From contig NC_087437.1 of assembly GCF_036321535.1 (NCBI RefSeq), positions 120,840,001-120,904,000 on the forward strand: a DNA stretch of 64,000 nt, in the 5' to 3' direction. The notes under the pieces were generated by a model. That model saw only the letters and a program-made list of their open reading frames with translations, searched no databases and was not told the DNA's origin. Positions 47,926 to 60,921 of the stretch are shown here, piece by piece; within the stretch, counting starts at the first letter, position 1; every line of letters starts with the position of its first letter. The translations under genes and the position numbers were made by a program. This DNA comes from Camelus dromedarius (Eukaryota).

Positions 47926-50900
47926 GACCCCACCACTTGCACGTGGTCAACTAATGTGGTTCCTGGGACCTCTGAGAGCCAAGGTCACTGACAGGTCATT
48001 TCCAGGCCTTTCTGTAGCTGAAGCCCAGGGCACTGGCTACATCAGATTACGTCAGATCACATCAGGAGTCATGGTCTGGGAGCAGATTCTGGAAGGTTTC
48101 TCAGGCTCCTGTGCAGCCTGGGAGAGGCTCAGGGCTCCCTCCTCCCTCTTCCCTCCACCCACCAGGGGAAACCAGACCATAGACTCAGAGCTGCCCTAAC
48201 ACCCCCACCCCCGCCCACCAACAGCGGTTAACCCCAGCCCTCCGGGCAGGCAGGCCTTTCCGATGCTAAGAACCTGAGATTTGAGACCTTTCCAACAGCT
48301 GGTGAGGGGGTCAGGAGAGGGTGGGCACCTCCCACCCTGCTTGCCTTGGCAGTGCCCTCCGACCCAACCACATGCCGCCCTCGCCCGACTGCCAGTGCCA
48401 GAACACCCCAGGGACCTGGAGCCTGTACAGACAGGTTGTGCTGTGGGAGGCAACACCCCTTCCCCGGAGATGGTTGGGCACCAGGAAGCACTCCGCCTGG
48501 CGCTGGGTGACCCAGGACCTCCTGGCAGGAAGAGCCCTCCTTGAGCAGTGGGCTGAGGATTCTGGCAAAACGACAGAGGACGGGAACACTGGAGGGAACC
48601 AGGGACAGCCACCACTTCAGTGAGTGAGCATGTCCTGATGGCTCCAAAGAAGTCCGCCAACCTCAAGACAAGCTGGGCCACCCCTTATATTGGGCTGTGG
48701 GTCAGTGGGGCCCCCAGCTCACTACTGGGCAAGGCCAGGCCCTCCGCAGTCACCCTCCTCTCCAAAGCCCGCGCCTCTGCAGGCCTCCCAGATCACCATG
48801 GGAGGAACATTCCTGGCTTCGCGGCCAGCAGTCAGCCCCGGCGCTGGCCCAGGGCACTCCTTCAGGAGATGATGGATGACTCAACCGGTGTCACCTCTCA
48901 GCAGTCACTGCTCCTCTGTGGTTGCGTGGGCGTCCAGGTGCCCAGAATGGATGAGTGAGTGAGTGAGGGAGTGGGGGATACACGGAGGAAGGTCTGGACA
49001 CACATCACCACCTCAGAAGCCTCTGTGGGACACAGACAGGCCCCTCGACCCCACCCCTCCTTCATGCTCTTCCAGACCCTCATCTCTCTGACATCACCCT
49101 CTCTGCCTGGCTCCTGTGCCGCTCACCCACGTCCTGGGTGCCGGGAGCAGTTCCCGCCCCGACTGGGCACTTAGGGAACACGGTCCCCTCTCAGTGGCGG
49201 AAGCCAGCGTTCAAGGAGTGAATGCTGGATGAGTGAGCAGAACCAGCACCTGCGTGGCGCCCAGAGGCTGCAGTGGAACACTGCAGGAGCAGAGGAATGT
49301 CCTGGATCACGGACCTCCCAAGAAGAACTTGGGGCCTCAGCTGATAAAACTGTGTCAAAAATAGAGGCCGTTAAAAACAAAACTTTTTTAACAAACTGAT
49401 GGAAATCCCCTTTATCAAAAGGAGCTGCTGCAGATCAAGCCACAAAAGTGACGTGTCCAGGAGTCAAGGACCATTTCTCGAGCAGATGATGCCACCTGTG
49501 GGGATGTCCCCGGGAGGAGCTGTGAGCGAGGGGCTGCGGCTGTCCCCAGGGCAGCGCTCAGGCGGTCCGGTGGAAAGCAGTCACTCAACGGTCATTAAGA
49601 AGAAGAAAAAGACACTGACAATGTTCCTGGATTTGGCAAAGAAACGTTGGGCCCCAGGTGGAGGGTGGTTATTTAGAGAAAGTACCCTGGGCCAATTTGT
49701 ACTGGGGATTTTTTTGGACAGAACAGCACTTTGCCAGGTAGGACATTAGGACAGAAAATGCAAGAACAGATTAAATAATTCAGGGAAGGTCCTGTGCTAG
49801 GAGCGGGCAAGAGAGAGCAGGGAGCTTACCTGCCCCCAGCCCTGACGAGTGAACGCCCTGTCTTTCCCACGGCAGTTGACAGCTCTCACAGCTGGCTGCA
49901 AAATTCCTGAATATTTAACCACTGTTTCCCACTTCCCAGGGTCTGGTGGTGCCCAGAGAGCCCAGCTGCAGGGGGAAGGCAGGGCCTCAGCCCATGGGTT
50001 GAGCCCACCTTCAACTTTGCATCCAGGTGTCCTGCTGGTCTTTGCTGGGCGCAGCCCTGCCCGTGGGCCCGGCTCAGTCACTGCCTTGGTCGCAAAGCCC
50101 CTGGGGCTGGTCTTCTTTCAGTAAAATCAGGAGGCAAGACCTGGTTCTGCAGCTCTGATTGGCCAGCTCCCCAATCTCAGAGGCACTAGCAGCAGGGATG
50201 CTCAGCGGGGGCCCATCCCAGGCCTTTGGACACAATGGGTCTGGTGAGGAGCTTTGCTGAAAGTTCCCAGAAAGTCCCAAGGTGACCTGAGGTGTGTGTC
50301 TGTCATCAAACCCACTGGGGGTCACCCAGGAGCCCCGGTGGTGCAGCGGGGACCTCTTGGGCACGGAGGAAGGGGCTGGGATATGGGACCGGAGGGATCC
50401 GCCGTCAGCGGTGCAATGGAGGCGGGGGTGGCGCTCGGCTTCCTCCCTGGGAAGCAGCCATCACGCGTGTCCCACTTGCGTGACATGTTATTAGGAAGCT
50501 GCCCTGCAAATGCTCCCTAGTCACCGTGAGGCTCCAGGAAGACACACAGGGTGGAACGCAGGAGCGCTCGGGTTTCAAGGTCCGGGATCTGCGCTCACTG
50601 AGACAGACGTGAGCGGCTCAGCCCAGCGGCTGAGCACCTGCAGCAGGGCCACCACCTCATCAAGGTCTGGACCAGGACACAGCCAGACGCTCCTCTCGAA
50701 GGGAGTGGGGGAGATGCCGGTCCCTCTCCTCCCTGCCCCTCCCACCACCCCCACTGGCTGAGTCCCGATGGAGGAAGGGGGCGGGGCCCGGGGACCCGAG
50801 GCCCCCCTACGCTCTCTTGTCCGAATAAAGGAGCCCGGAGGCTTCCGCATGGCATGCGATCAGGAGGCTGGCTGGAGAGTCAGTGGAGTGAGTCTGGCTA

Positions 50901-52542
50901 TTCTGGAATTGTTTCAGAAAAAACTGCAGGTGTTCTGGAGTTTGATAGAAGCAGTTTAAAAACTAGTTTGTGTCCACAGCTAATCACACCCTTCGGTCAG
51001 CCGTGGTTTCTGTCTAAACCTGAACCTCTGTGTCTGCCTTGTGCCTGCGTGTGCCTCCCTGACCCACCTGCCACGGGGCGCGCGTCGGCAGGTGGTCTGG
51101 TAATCCTTACCTGCTGACCGGCTCGGGGCTTCGGGGGCCCTGTGGCCTGAGGGATGGACCATGGAGCGCCCAGGCTGCACTCCCGACAGGCTGCCCCTCA
51201 GGCCAGGCCCAGGGTGCAGCCCCAGGGGACAGCCCCAGGCCCAGTTCCGGGACGGATGTGACGTTCCCACTGGCTGGTCAGACACTCTGCAGCCTCTCTG
51301 GAGCACAGTCGAGATGGCACAGAGCTGGAACTGGCAAGCCGGGCACAGGATCTGAGCTGCACGCGTGGAGTGAGCCCAGCTGGCAGGCTGGCCGCCCCCC
51401 AGCCCTGACCAGAGGATCTGCCTCTGGAGCTGGGCCTGGAGGTCCCTCCTCACCTGCCTCTACCCCAGGGTGGGGCTGTCATAGCCCAGCCCAAGGCCAG
51501 CGGGACACTGGGGCCGACAGGCTCCTGATACGTACCCCTTCCCCAGGGAAGCGCGTTCCACTGTGTGACGGTGCTGCCCCTACAGACTGCTGGCCTGGCC
51601 CCTGGAGGGGAGGAGGACCGCACGGTCACAACTGCAGACCTGACACCCTAGCAGCATCCTGTTATTTCCTGAGCATTGTATGTTTTTTGTCATTTGTCCT
51701 CACTGAACCCTCACAGGGCAGGTGGGCGGGCGGAGTGTGGCTCTGCCCCTGGTGGAGAGAACTGGCCGCCCGTCTCAGGCCCTGGCCCCCAGTGTGAGCT
51801 GCCCTCACTCCTCTCGGGAACCAGGGAGCACCCCCAATTCTCCGGGTTCTGGAAGGAGAGCCAGGTTAGCTCTGGGAAGCCTGCATGCGTCAGAGGATCC
51901 TTTCCGACGTGGCTTCTTGACTGTGAAAGTGGCACTTCCCTTGTTAGGCGTCAAAGGCAGACAGGAAGTCCGGGAGGTAGGTAATTAAGTCTGTTTCTTG
52001 GCCTCCCCTGGGGCTGAGTTTTATTCTGATTCTCTAGGACTGTGGGCCGCCGGTTGTCAGGGACGCCTCTGGCCCACGTGGGTGTGTGTGATGGTCAAAG
52101 CCTGGTTCAGGCACCCTCCCCCCATGACCCCCCGTCTGTCGACCCCGAAGCCCAGACCCTGCCCAGAGCATATGCCCACACAGCACCCACTCCCCCCGTG
52201 GAGAGGCCACGGTCCCCGAGAAGGGTGGCGCAAGTCCACTGCCAGGCCAGGATGCAAGCCAGCAGCCACCTCAAGGAAGTCCCTCCAGGAATGCCTCTTG
52301 AGTGCCAAAGTCACTCATTCTGATTCAGTGTCCTGACTCTTCCTACTGAAAAACAGTCCAGGATAATCCCTTCCTCAGTGCACGGCGGGTCCCCCTCTGC
52401 CCATAAGGTCCCCCTCTGACCACGGGGTCCCTTGACTGTGGGTCTCTCATCTACAGCCAGTGGCCTTTCCCAGACCTGGGGGGTTAACGGCTCCTCCAGC
52501 GCCCTTTGTTGTAATACGTTTCCACTAGTTTTTGCTTGATGC

Positions 52543-52844
52543 TTTATTTTGTCAGAGACGCTGAGGGGTTCTTGGGTTTATTCCATCATTAGGTGACGGC
52601 TTATAAACCACCTCTCCCCAGTTGGTGGATGTCGCTGTCCTCCGAGGCACAAGGTGCAGATTTCCCCGTCCTCAGCCCCTGGTCCTGGCTGGCCCAACCC
52701 TCTCCCCGCCTTCCCCGCCCCGTTCCCACCTGCCCCCAGAGAGGACATGCTGAATCCACACGGTGACTGAACTCTATTTCTCCCCAAATGGTCTACTTGG
52801 AGTCCCAGGAAGTGGCTTTCTTTTTCAAATTTGGAGGTTTTATT
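52543..52844 (-). terminator. ICOSLG: Cluster of three minus-strand AATAAA hexamers; candidate ICOSLG poly(A) region
   Basis: TTTATT on + at 52543-52548, 52577-52582 and 52839-52844. These are the first canonical signals I can see downstream of the ICOSLG stop. Confidence 0.45.
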
Positions 52845-55800
52845 GGAAGCTGAATAGAGAACCCAATCAGTTAACAAAACAAAAGTAGAAGGTTCCAAGA
52901 TTATGACTGCAGATGCGGGTATAAACGGAAAGCTTCTCTGCAAGGCAGGTGCTAAATGCCTCCGTGCACACAGCCCGGGCGTGTCCAGCGGTTGAGGGCA
53001 GGTGTGGAAAGTCCCCAACAACCCCAGGTGCTGGCTCCCAGGTGGCCTGGGCCATCGGAGAGCTCATGCCTTCCGGTGCCACGGCCACCGCAGCGCTCCG
53101 GCCGGCATGTCACACTCACGGGACACAGTCTCCGCAGGGCGCGGCCCTCCAGCTCTCGGAAGCTGTGGCTGAGCCCCGGGGCGTCACTCTAGCGCAGGAG
53201 CTGCTGCACCTCCCAGGTCGGCACGGGCAGGCTGCTCCCGGGGACAGCGCCGTGCCCCGCCTCGCCCTGCTGGGCTTGACCCAGTTAAGTGAGGACTCGC
53301 TTAGGGTGCAGGCACTGCAATTTATACCCACCCCACTTTTTGAGAAGTGCTTTTTTTTTTTTTAATTAAGTAACTTTCCTCACTAAAAACTGAAGTGTGG
53401 CCCTGAAGCTTCTTGATTTTGGAGTCTGGAGGTCTGGGGTGGGTTCCCGATGGTGATGTTTGGGCGAGGGCAGAGGCCGGCCTCCACGGGGGTGGCTGGC
53501 GCGTAGGGACCCGGGCCTGGATGATCGGCTGAGACAGGACTTGCTGGACCTCGTCCCCCAGAGCCCAAGCCCCGGCACCCTCATGGCCCCGGCGGCCCCG
53601 TGGGGCACCTTCCCCGTCACACCTCTGGTCAGTGCTTCTCCTTCGAAGGACTCCCCGCCCGGCCCTGTCCTCCACCCTCGACTTCCCCACCCCTGCCCGG
53701 TCCACGGGTGCAGCCTCCCGAGACCAAGAACTCCATTCCCAGCGCCCCTCCAGCGGGGCCGCGTCCAGAGCGCGTGTCCAGGGATGGGGGGCGGCGCCGC
53801 CCAGCCACCCGAAGGGCTCTGAGCCAGCGGGTAGAGAGCGTGGGTCCCAGGGAAGGCTCAGTACAAGGTGGGGTCCGCCCTCCCCAGGCTCTAGGGGGGA
53901 GAGCCTGCCTCCTCTCAGCTGCCCTGGTGGGCCCCAGTGTTGCCGGCAGCCCAACCCCAGGCCCAGCTGCTAGGAGCGGGGACCACGAAGAGGACGATGC
54001 AGGTGTCAGGGCCTGCACCCTAGACAAGGGAGTCGCGGTCTCCGCTGTGGTGCCCCATTGGATGCTCCTGTGGGGCAGGACCCCAACCCAATTGGGGTGG
54101 GAGTGGGGGCTCTCTCACTGGGCCCAGCTCCTGGCAGGTGCTCCCTTTGGTGGAGGTGTGAATGGGGCCGTCACATGGGGCAGAGAGCCTGCAGCTGCCA
54201 GACCGTGTCTGGGGTCTGCACCTCAGCCAGGCTGCAGGCTGGCACCCTGGGTCCCAGCCGGGCCCTCCCCTCTGCCCCCTAGGAACCTGCCTCTGTCCCC
54301 TCCCCGTTTCTCCATCTCCTGGGCCCAGCACCTCTCAGGCTGCATTTTAGCTGAATCATGGTATTTGCTCCCTGGTGTCATTTTCTGGGCTCAGGTGACT
54401 GGGGAACTTGCTCTGGATCTGCTGGGAGCAGGTGTCACCTCTCCTGCCCCTGGGTCAGTGCATCTGGGACATTGCGAACCACATGTGTACAACCAGGCTC
54501 TCTGAGCAACCTTCCTTCCATTAAACCAGCAGCGCCCTGACTCACCCAGCTGCCTCTCAGAGCACAGACCTGGGCCTTCTGGGGGACCACTCCCTCCTCA
54601 CAGCCCGTCCTGTCCCTGCCGGGGAAACCCCAACTCTGAAGTGACAGTGCCCTCCCCCTTCCTGGGCGGCCTGCTCACAGCAGACTTGGACACCTGCAAT
54701 CTCGGGGACAGGAGGCCCAGAGAACACGAGAGAGGAGCAATGAATCACTCCCAGGGGAAGGGCAGGGCCTGTGCTCAGACCACAAGGCTGGTGCAGGGGG
54801 TTGGGCCAGGGAGGATGATAAGGAAGGAGGGCGCTGGGGAGGGAAGGGGGTGGGGGAGGGAGGACAGTGGGGGCAGGAAGGAGATGGGGGAGGGAGGTGG
54901 TGGGGGAGGGTGAAGGATCCCGCTCAGCTCTTGGCCTGGATACTCCTTGGTCACCTCCCCCTCCCACAAGACCCAGATCAAGGTCTTCAGGAGCTGATCC
55001 TGGTGTGGCCCCAGTTCTGGTCCTGACTCGGGCGGCTGACTGCACAGCTCCTGGGTGTTGGAGCTTGTTCATATTGGTCTTGCAGGGGCTCAAGGCCCCC
55101 ACCCCCGGTGGGCCACCCTCTGGTGGTGGAGACACCCGGGACTCCGGACACTAAGCCCCGTGGCCCCGGGACAAGGTCCCATCCTGCCACCATGGAGCTG
55201 CTCCGCCCCCGCGCCATCACAGAAGCCCCAGCTGGCCGCCCCTCCCTGGTCGTGGCAGCATCAACCCAGATTCAAGGAAAGGGGGAAGCGTTCACTAGCG
55301 ACAGAGGAGCCTCTCTCCTCAGGGGACCCAGGAGCCACTCAGGACGCAGCAGGCTGTGGTCAGACTGCGGCCCCGTGGGGCGGGCCGGGGGAGGGTGCTG
55401 GCGGGATTGACGTCAGGGCGGTGGGACTGCTGTGGGCCAGGAGGACGCCGCCGCTTCCCTGGGCTGTGGGGGAGGGGGAGTCAGTCCCCAAGGGCAGAGC
55501 CAGCCCAGACAGGTAAGCTGCCTTCTCCCTGAAAACGTCCTCCTTCTGAAAAGCCGGGCTCGCAGGGAGGTTCGGGTGGGATGTGCCTGCCGCGCCTCCA
55601 GCACCGCCCGGAGCCCCTGGGCCCTCTGCCCTGGCCAGTGCCCAGCAGCACGGCACTGGGGCTGGGGCAGGCGGGGGTTCTCTAAAGCCACAGCCTCCCT
55701 CCCCAGGATGGCTGTGGTGCCTGTGGTCACGGGGTGTGTGTGAGCTGTGGGGGTCGGAGGAGGCACCTGGTTCCAGCCGCCTCACCTTGCAGGAGGGAGA

Positions 55801-56993
55801 ACTGAGGCACTCCAAGCACACGGCTGCTGCTTCCTTCTGTCCCCTGCCCTGGTGACGAACCTCCCACCTGCCAGCCTGGGCTCTCCCTCTCTGACGGGTG
55901 TTGAGTGCACACCTACTGTGCTCAGGACGTGCAGCAGGGGCAGGAGCCACAGCACCCAGAGACCAGGACTCCAGCGGCCAGAGTGGCCAGGGGCCCCACC
56001 CCAGAGCAGTGCCAGCACCCCGGATTCTTGTACCCAGCCATCCCCTGACCTACGCCATTCCCTGGGGCTGGCCCAGAACTCTGTCTCCTCCCCTGTGCCC
56101 AGTGCAGATGGGGACGGGGACAGTGGCTCTGCTGACCCTGCCCTCCCTCAGGAAGGTGGCTGCAGGGATCCCTGGGACCACTGACCTTCGGGCAGGACGC
56201 CCGTCTGCGGTGGCTGTCCTGGGTGCTGGGGGACGTTGAGCAGAATCTTGCCTCCCACCCACTAGAAGACACAGCAACCCCCAAGACTGACCACCAAATG
56301 TCTTCATACCTTGCCCAGCACCCCCTGGGGGACAGGGCCACCCTGGGGGAGAACCGATGCGGCAGGGCCGGGTCGCTGACCGCAAGCTGAGTGGACCAGC
56401 TTGCCTGCATGCTGACCAAGGTGACTGGACAAAGGCAGGCTGGTAACTTGGATTCTCAGAAATCAGGCTTCCGGAAACATCAAAACATGGCATTCACATG
56501 CTGTCTGCAACACAGCATGGGAAGCAGGCAGCCGTCCCCAGGCTGAGAGGGCGAGGGTGACCCGAGGGAGCCGGGCAGGCAGAGAGCAGTGTCAGCCCCC
56601 GAGGCCCAGAGGGAGCAGCAAGGGTCTGCTGGGAGCCAGTGGGGACACGATAACTCGGGGCACGGGACCTGGAGGGCGTGGCCTTGGCTGGGAGCCCCAG
56701 TCCAGGCAGAAACCACAAACGCGGGGTGGGAGAGCCCCTGGGCGGCCTCCCGGGCCCGGGCGTAATGGGGCAGAAGCAGGAGCACTGGCCCCACTGCTTC
56801 CCCAACTCGGAAACCGCTCCTGGTAGGAAAGCGGAAAGTCTCCCTGCAGCTGCCCCATCCTGCTGGACAGAGAACCCAGCCCCAGCATCTGCAGGGGCCC
56901 TGAGGGTCTGCTGAGGCCGCAGGCCAGGCCTGGGCAGGATGGTGGAACGGGCCCCTCGGTGCACCTGGCGTCACATCACAGTGGACAGAGGGG

Positions 56994-57402
56994 CCCGCAC
57001 CCCACCTGCCGCACCCACCTGCCGCACCCACCTGCCGCACCCACCTGCCCGCACCCACCTGCCGCACCCACCTGCCCGCACCCCACCTGCCCGCACCCAC
57101 CTGCCCGCACCCACCTGCCCGCACCCCACCTGCCGCACCCACCTGCCCGCACCCCACCTGACCGCACCCACCTGCCCGCACCCCACCTGCCCGCACCCAC
57201 CTGCCCGCACCCACCTGCCCGCACCCCACCTGCCCGCACCCCACCTGCCGCACCCACCTGCCCGCACCCCACCTGCCCGCACCCCACCTGCCCGCACCCA
57301 CCTGCCCGCACCCCACCTGCCGCACCCACCTGCCCGCACCCCACCTGCCTGCACCCACCTGCCCGCACCCACCTGCCCGCACCCCACCTGCCCGCACCCC
57401 AC
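56994..57402. repeat. C-rich/G-rich minisatellite, roughly 29 units of 13-15 bp: (C)CCGCACCC(C)ACCTG
   Basis: Directly visible tandem array. Units differ mostly in C-run length. Confidence 0.97.
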
Positions 57403-58910
57403 GAGGGCCCCTGGGCTTCTTGCTCTAGAGGCCAGTGAGTCAGCTTTCTGGGACTCTTTTGAAGACAACGCATGTCTTGTAATGCTTTCATGTTAAAAGT
57501 CTGAGTAGAGTCCTCATCACATTTGTGGAAAAGCCGTGTGAGGGCCTTGTGGTGCAGAAACTCATGAAGGGTTCCCAGAAACACATCTTGGCTCAGGCTC
57601 TGCACTGAGCCGGCCTCGCCAAGTTTGCCGCGAGTCTGGGAAATGCAGGCCTCCCACACCCTGCCCTTCGGTGCTGAGCGACCAGGGGCAAAACAGGCTT
57701 GTTTTCCTGGGGGGTGCGCCTCCTTTGTGGAACCTTCCAAAAACAACAAACTGCTAGATTCAATCCAGGAACCAACATGGAAACCGTCTGGGTGGGGTCC
57801 AGGCCCCGGCTGCACGCCCCCGTAGCCACTGCTCCACTCCAGTCACTGGGGGACCTGGTGGGCTCCCAGGAGCCCAAGGTTTGAGACGAGGTTTTGCCTT
57901 GAGACTGTGCAGGTCCTCATGGGAGATCAGCAAGGGGCTGTGGGCCACAGGGCCGGGGGCAGAGGCCGCCCAGCACACTTCGAGGGAGTTTCTGCTGCAT
58001 TTGGAAGGCTGCCAAGTGCCAGGAGAACAGCCCCATTCTGAAGGACCACGATGACCACCTGTCCAGGCCAGTGTCCGCTGGAAACACGAGCCTCAGCCCC
58101 GCCCAGGCTGGGCTCCTGCCTCTCCAGGTGCGTCCCCCCGGGACGTCCCCAGCACAGATGGCTGCACAGCCCAGCACAGACATTGAAAAATTTCGTTGTG
58201 CTTTTGAGGAGGAAAACCTAGCTTTTGACCAAAACAAAAGAGGTCGGGTTTTCTTCCCGGTGCAAATGCCCTAGAAGAACATGGATTCCGGGCAGTCTTC
58301 AGTGTCCACCACTTCCTGCTTTAGGTCCCACGTGACAGACTCCAGGGCCCTGTGCCTTCAAGGCGGAGGTGGGGCACGAGCCTGAACAGCGGAGCCAGCG
58401 AGCAGGCCACTGCAGCAGGACTGACCATCCCAGCCGAGGTCACCCCAGATGAGGGCAGGCGTCCTCTTGCCTCTTTCTGAACCAGATGCCCTTCCTCCGG
58501 CCTTGGACACTGGTCCCACAGCGCGAGTCCAGGGTGTTGAGAAGAGCTGCGGGCTCTGGGGGGCCGAGGGTGGGAAGGAGCCGTCACAGCCCTTCTCATT
58601 CGGTTTGGCAGTGAAGGAGGGAGCCCACTTACTCGGGGGTCCGCGTACCCAGAGCTGCTGGCCTTGGGAAAAGGCCGCCCGCTGGGATCAGGGAAGCGCG
58701 CAACACGTGCTCCTGGGGTCCGTGTGGTCCTTCCAGGGAAAGCCCTGCCTGTCCCCCCAAAGCCGGGGGGCTCCACGTCCGTGCATCCCAGTGCTAACGG
58801 CGCAGACAGTCCCCTCTGCCCAGCCGGCCAGAGTCACTTCCCAAGCTGCCGTCCGACGTCCCTGCTGGGCCTCTCCCGGGGCCCTGTCCAGGCCTGGGGC
58901 TCCACTCTTG

Positions 58911-58921
58911 TCACACGTGCT
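58911..58921 (-). CDS. ICOSLG: ICOSLG terminal coding exon (E-H-V-stop), followed by 3' UTR
   Basis: Minus strand: pyrimidine tract ctctccctctttcctcccaag | AG CAC GTG TGA. With the G from the previous exon this gives EHV*; I recall the human protein ending GHV*. Confidence 0.85.
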
Positions 58922-59803
58922 CTTGGGAGGAAAGAGGGAGAGGGCGTGGGTGGCAAGTCAGCTGACTTTCACTTTGGAGGCAGAGGCTGATCTCAGGACT
59001 CAGGTTGGTGAAAACAGAGGGACTGGAGACGCCTGCACACAAAGCGCTTCCTGTGACTCTAAGGTCAGGCAGGCCCTAATTTTTTGGTAAGCTGTGTTCC
59101 GGGGTTGTCTGAAACTGGCTGCAGGGACAAGTGAATCTGCTGCAGCACCAGGCGGCCATGTGACTCGGACTCACCTGGGTGAACAGGTGTGCAGGTGCCA
59201 CTGGCTGGGCTGTGTGCGCCCTGGGCCCACCCTCCCCTGACGGCCCTTCTCACAGGTGGGGAAGCAGGGCTCTGGGAGGTGCGGCCACTTGTCTAAGGTG
59301 TGGAGCCCGCCAGTCGGACTACGGAGACCCTCACAGCCCACGGCATGTGCTGGTGGGAAGCCCAAACTGAAGACCCTGTGTGTGAATATTTTCCCAAATT
59401 GGGGCGAGCGTCTCACTGGTCTTTGCTCCGGGACTGTGAGGTGCTCGCCTGCACAAAGGGTGTGGACTCGCAGGAGAACCCACAGTGGGCCGAGGTGGGG
59501 ACACGATGGTGGGAGGACGGAGAAGGTGGGGGGCGCCTGGGGTTGTGGTCCAGGAAAATCCCGTGGCACACATCAGCAAGTACACCAGAGACAGGACCAC
59601 ACGCCAGGAGGGCCAGTGGGCCACGCCTCCCCCGGGTTCCACTGTGTCTCTGGACCTGGAAGCACCTACTTCCTGCCCATCGAGTGTCACTCGTGCTGAA
59701 AGGCGGACACGGGGAGAGCCGCCAGCCCAGCCTGCCCGGGCCCCCAGACCCCCCGGCCCCCCGCACCTCCTCCACAGGCCTCCTTCCCTCTTGGCAAACT
59801 CAC

Positions 59804-59839
59804 CGGTGACTTCCACCTCTGGCCTCGAAGCCTGGGCAC
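59804..59839 (-). CDS. ICOSLG: ICOSLG 36-nt cytoplasmic tail exon
   Basis: tttctggtttgttccaacag | GT GCC CAG GCT TCG AGG CCA GAG GTG GAA GTC ACC G | gtgagt gives GAQASRPEVEVT (human, from memory, GAWAVSPETELT). Phase 1-1. Confidence 0.9.
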
Positions 59840-60756
59840 CTGTTGGAACAAACCAGAAACACTCAGGGTGGGCAGTGAAGAAGGAATGCACTGAAGACCG
59901 CAGGGGCCTCTGCCCAGCAGCCCTCCCCACCCCGCCGTCTCCAGCGGCTCCCTGCTCAGGCAGGACGGCAAGAGGCAAGCGTGAGAAGCACTTCAAGATG
60001 CTCAGGGCGCCTTCAGCGGCCTGGCAGCGTTGGCAATGGGGCTGTGGGAGGTGGGAAGTGTTGCTGGGATGATGGAATTAGCAGCCAAGCCGAAACTGCA
60101 GGGCAGCACGGAGAAGCCCCATCCCGCTGTGCTATGACTCCTTAGTCCAGCTGAGCTCCCCGTCCTCCACTGCCGGGGGTCCAGGAGGCGACCAGCTTCA
60201 GTGACAGGACCTCTGGGGACGCCTGCTGACCTCCATCGCCAGGCTGGCCTGGGGAGACTGCGCTGGGCCCCGCCATTCCCCCAACAGGCCCGGGCCGGGC
60301 CCGGGCCAGCACGGCAGGCCCTCTTGTTGACATCTGGGTGGTCCCAGGGTCCACGTTCTGGATTTTTCTGCTCCCCACCATGAGCTCTGCTTCCTTGTTT
60401 AGCATGGTCAGTACCCATACTTTCTGGATCCGTCTTTGTGTTTGGCCAGAATCCAACAGACCGCCTTGAAGGGATCCCAGCGGCTCAGTGTCCACAGATG
60501 CCCTGGGTCCTGATCTCTGTACTCAGGGGCCGCGTACCCTCCCCAAACCTGGGCGCCTGCCCGCCGAGCCAGGGTCGTGGGGACTGGGGACGCACACCCA
60601 GAAGCGTCGGCGTGGCCGCGCGCACGCGCGGTACCACGGGAAACCATGCCTCCCGTGAAAGAACGCCTTGCAGAGCTTGAGCAGGTCCTGGAAAAGGGCC
60701 GCCCCTACCCCGACGAAATAAATGCTCGCCGCCTACAGCGCAGGCCCCTCGGATAC

Positions 60757-60921
60757 CTGCGTAGCTCCGGCTGGGGCACCTGCTCCTGCACAGCCAGCCA
60801 GTGGCCACAGCCACGACCACGGCCAGCACGGCCAGGATGCTGGGAACCGCCCCGCCTCCCCACTCGCGGGTGCCATCGGCTGGGTTCTCCGTGAAGCTGT
60901 CCTTGGTTCCGGTGAACATTC
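60757..60921 (-). CDS. ICOSLG: ICOSLG stalk, transmembrane and juxtamembrane exon
   Basis: ctcctttcttgtag | GMFTGTKDSFTENPADGTREWGGGAVPSILAVLAVVVAVATGWLCRSRCPSRSYA | gtatcc. 165 nt, phase 1-1, with a hydrophobic TM segment and TENP/SILAVL/SYAG motifs shared with human ICOSL. Confidence 0.93.

Noticed and set aside
55113..55126. CTCF-like motifs (here, about 32381 and about 2492)
   Set aside because: Each mismatches a core position, and such matches are frequent at this GC content.
56480..57815. Repetitive ORFs (GAGRW/PHPPART repeats) in several frames
   Set aside because: Translations of the stop-free minisatellite with variable unit length.
59169..59290. Consensus minus-strand donor CAG|GTGAGT (59175/59174) in the last ICOSLG intron as an alternative exon
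   Set aside because: No convincing acceptor upstream; the adjacent sequence is MIR-like.
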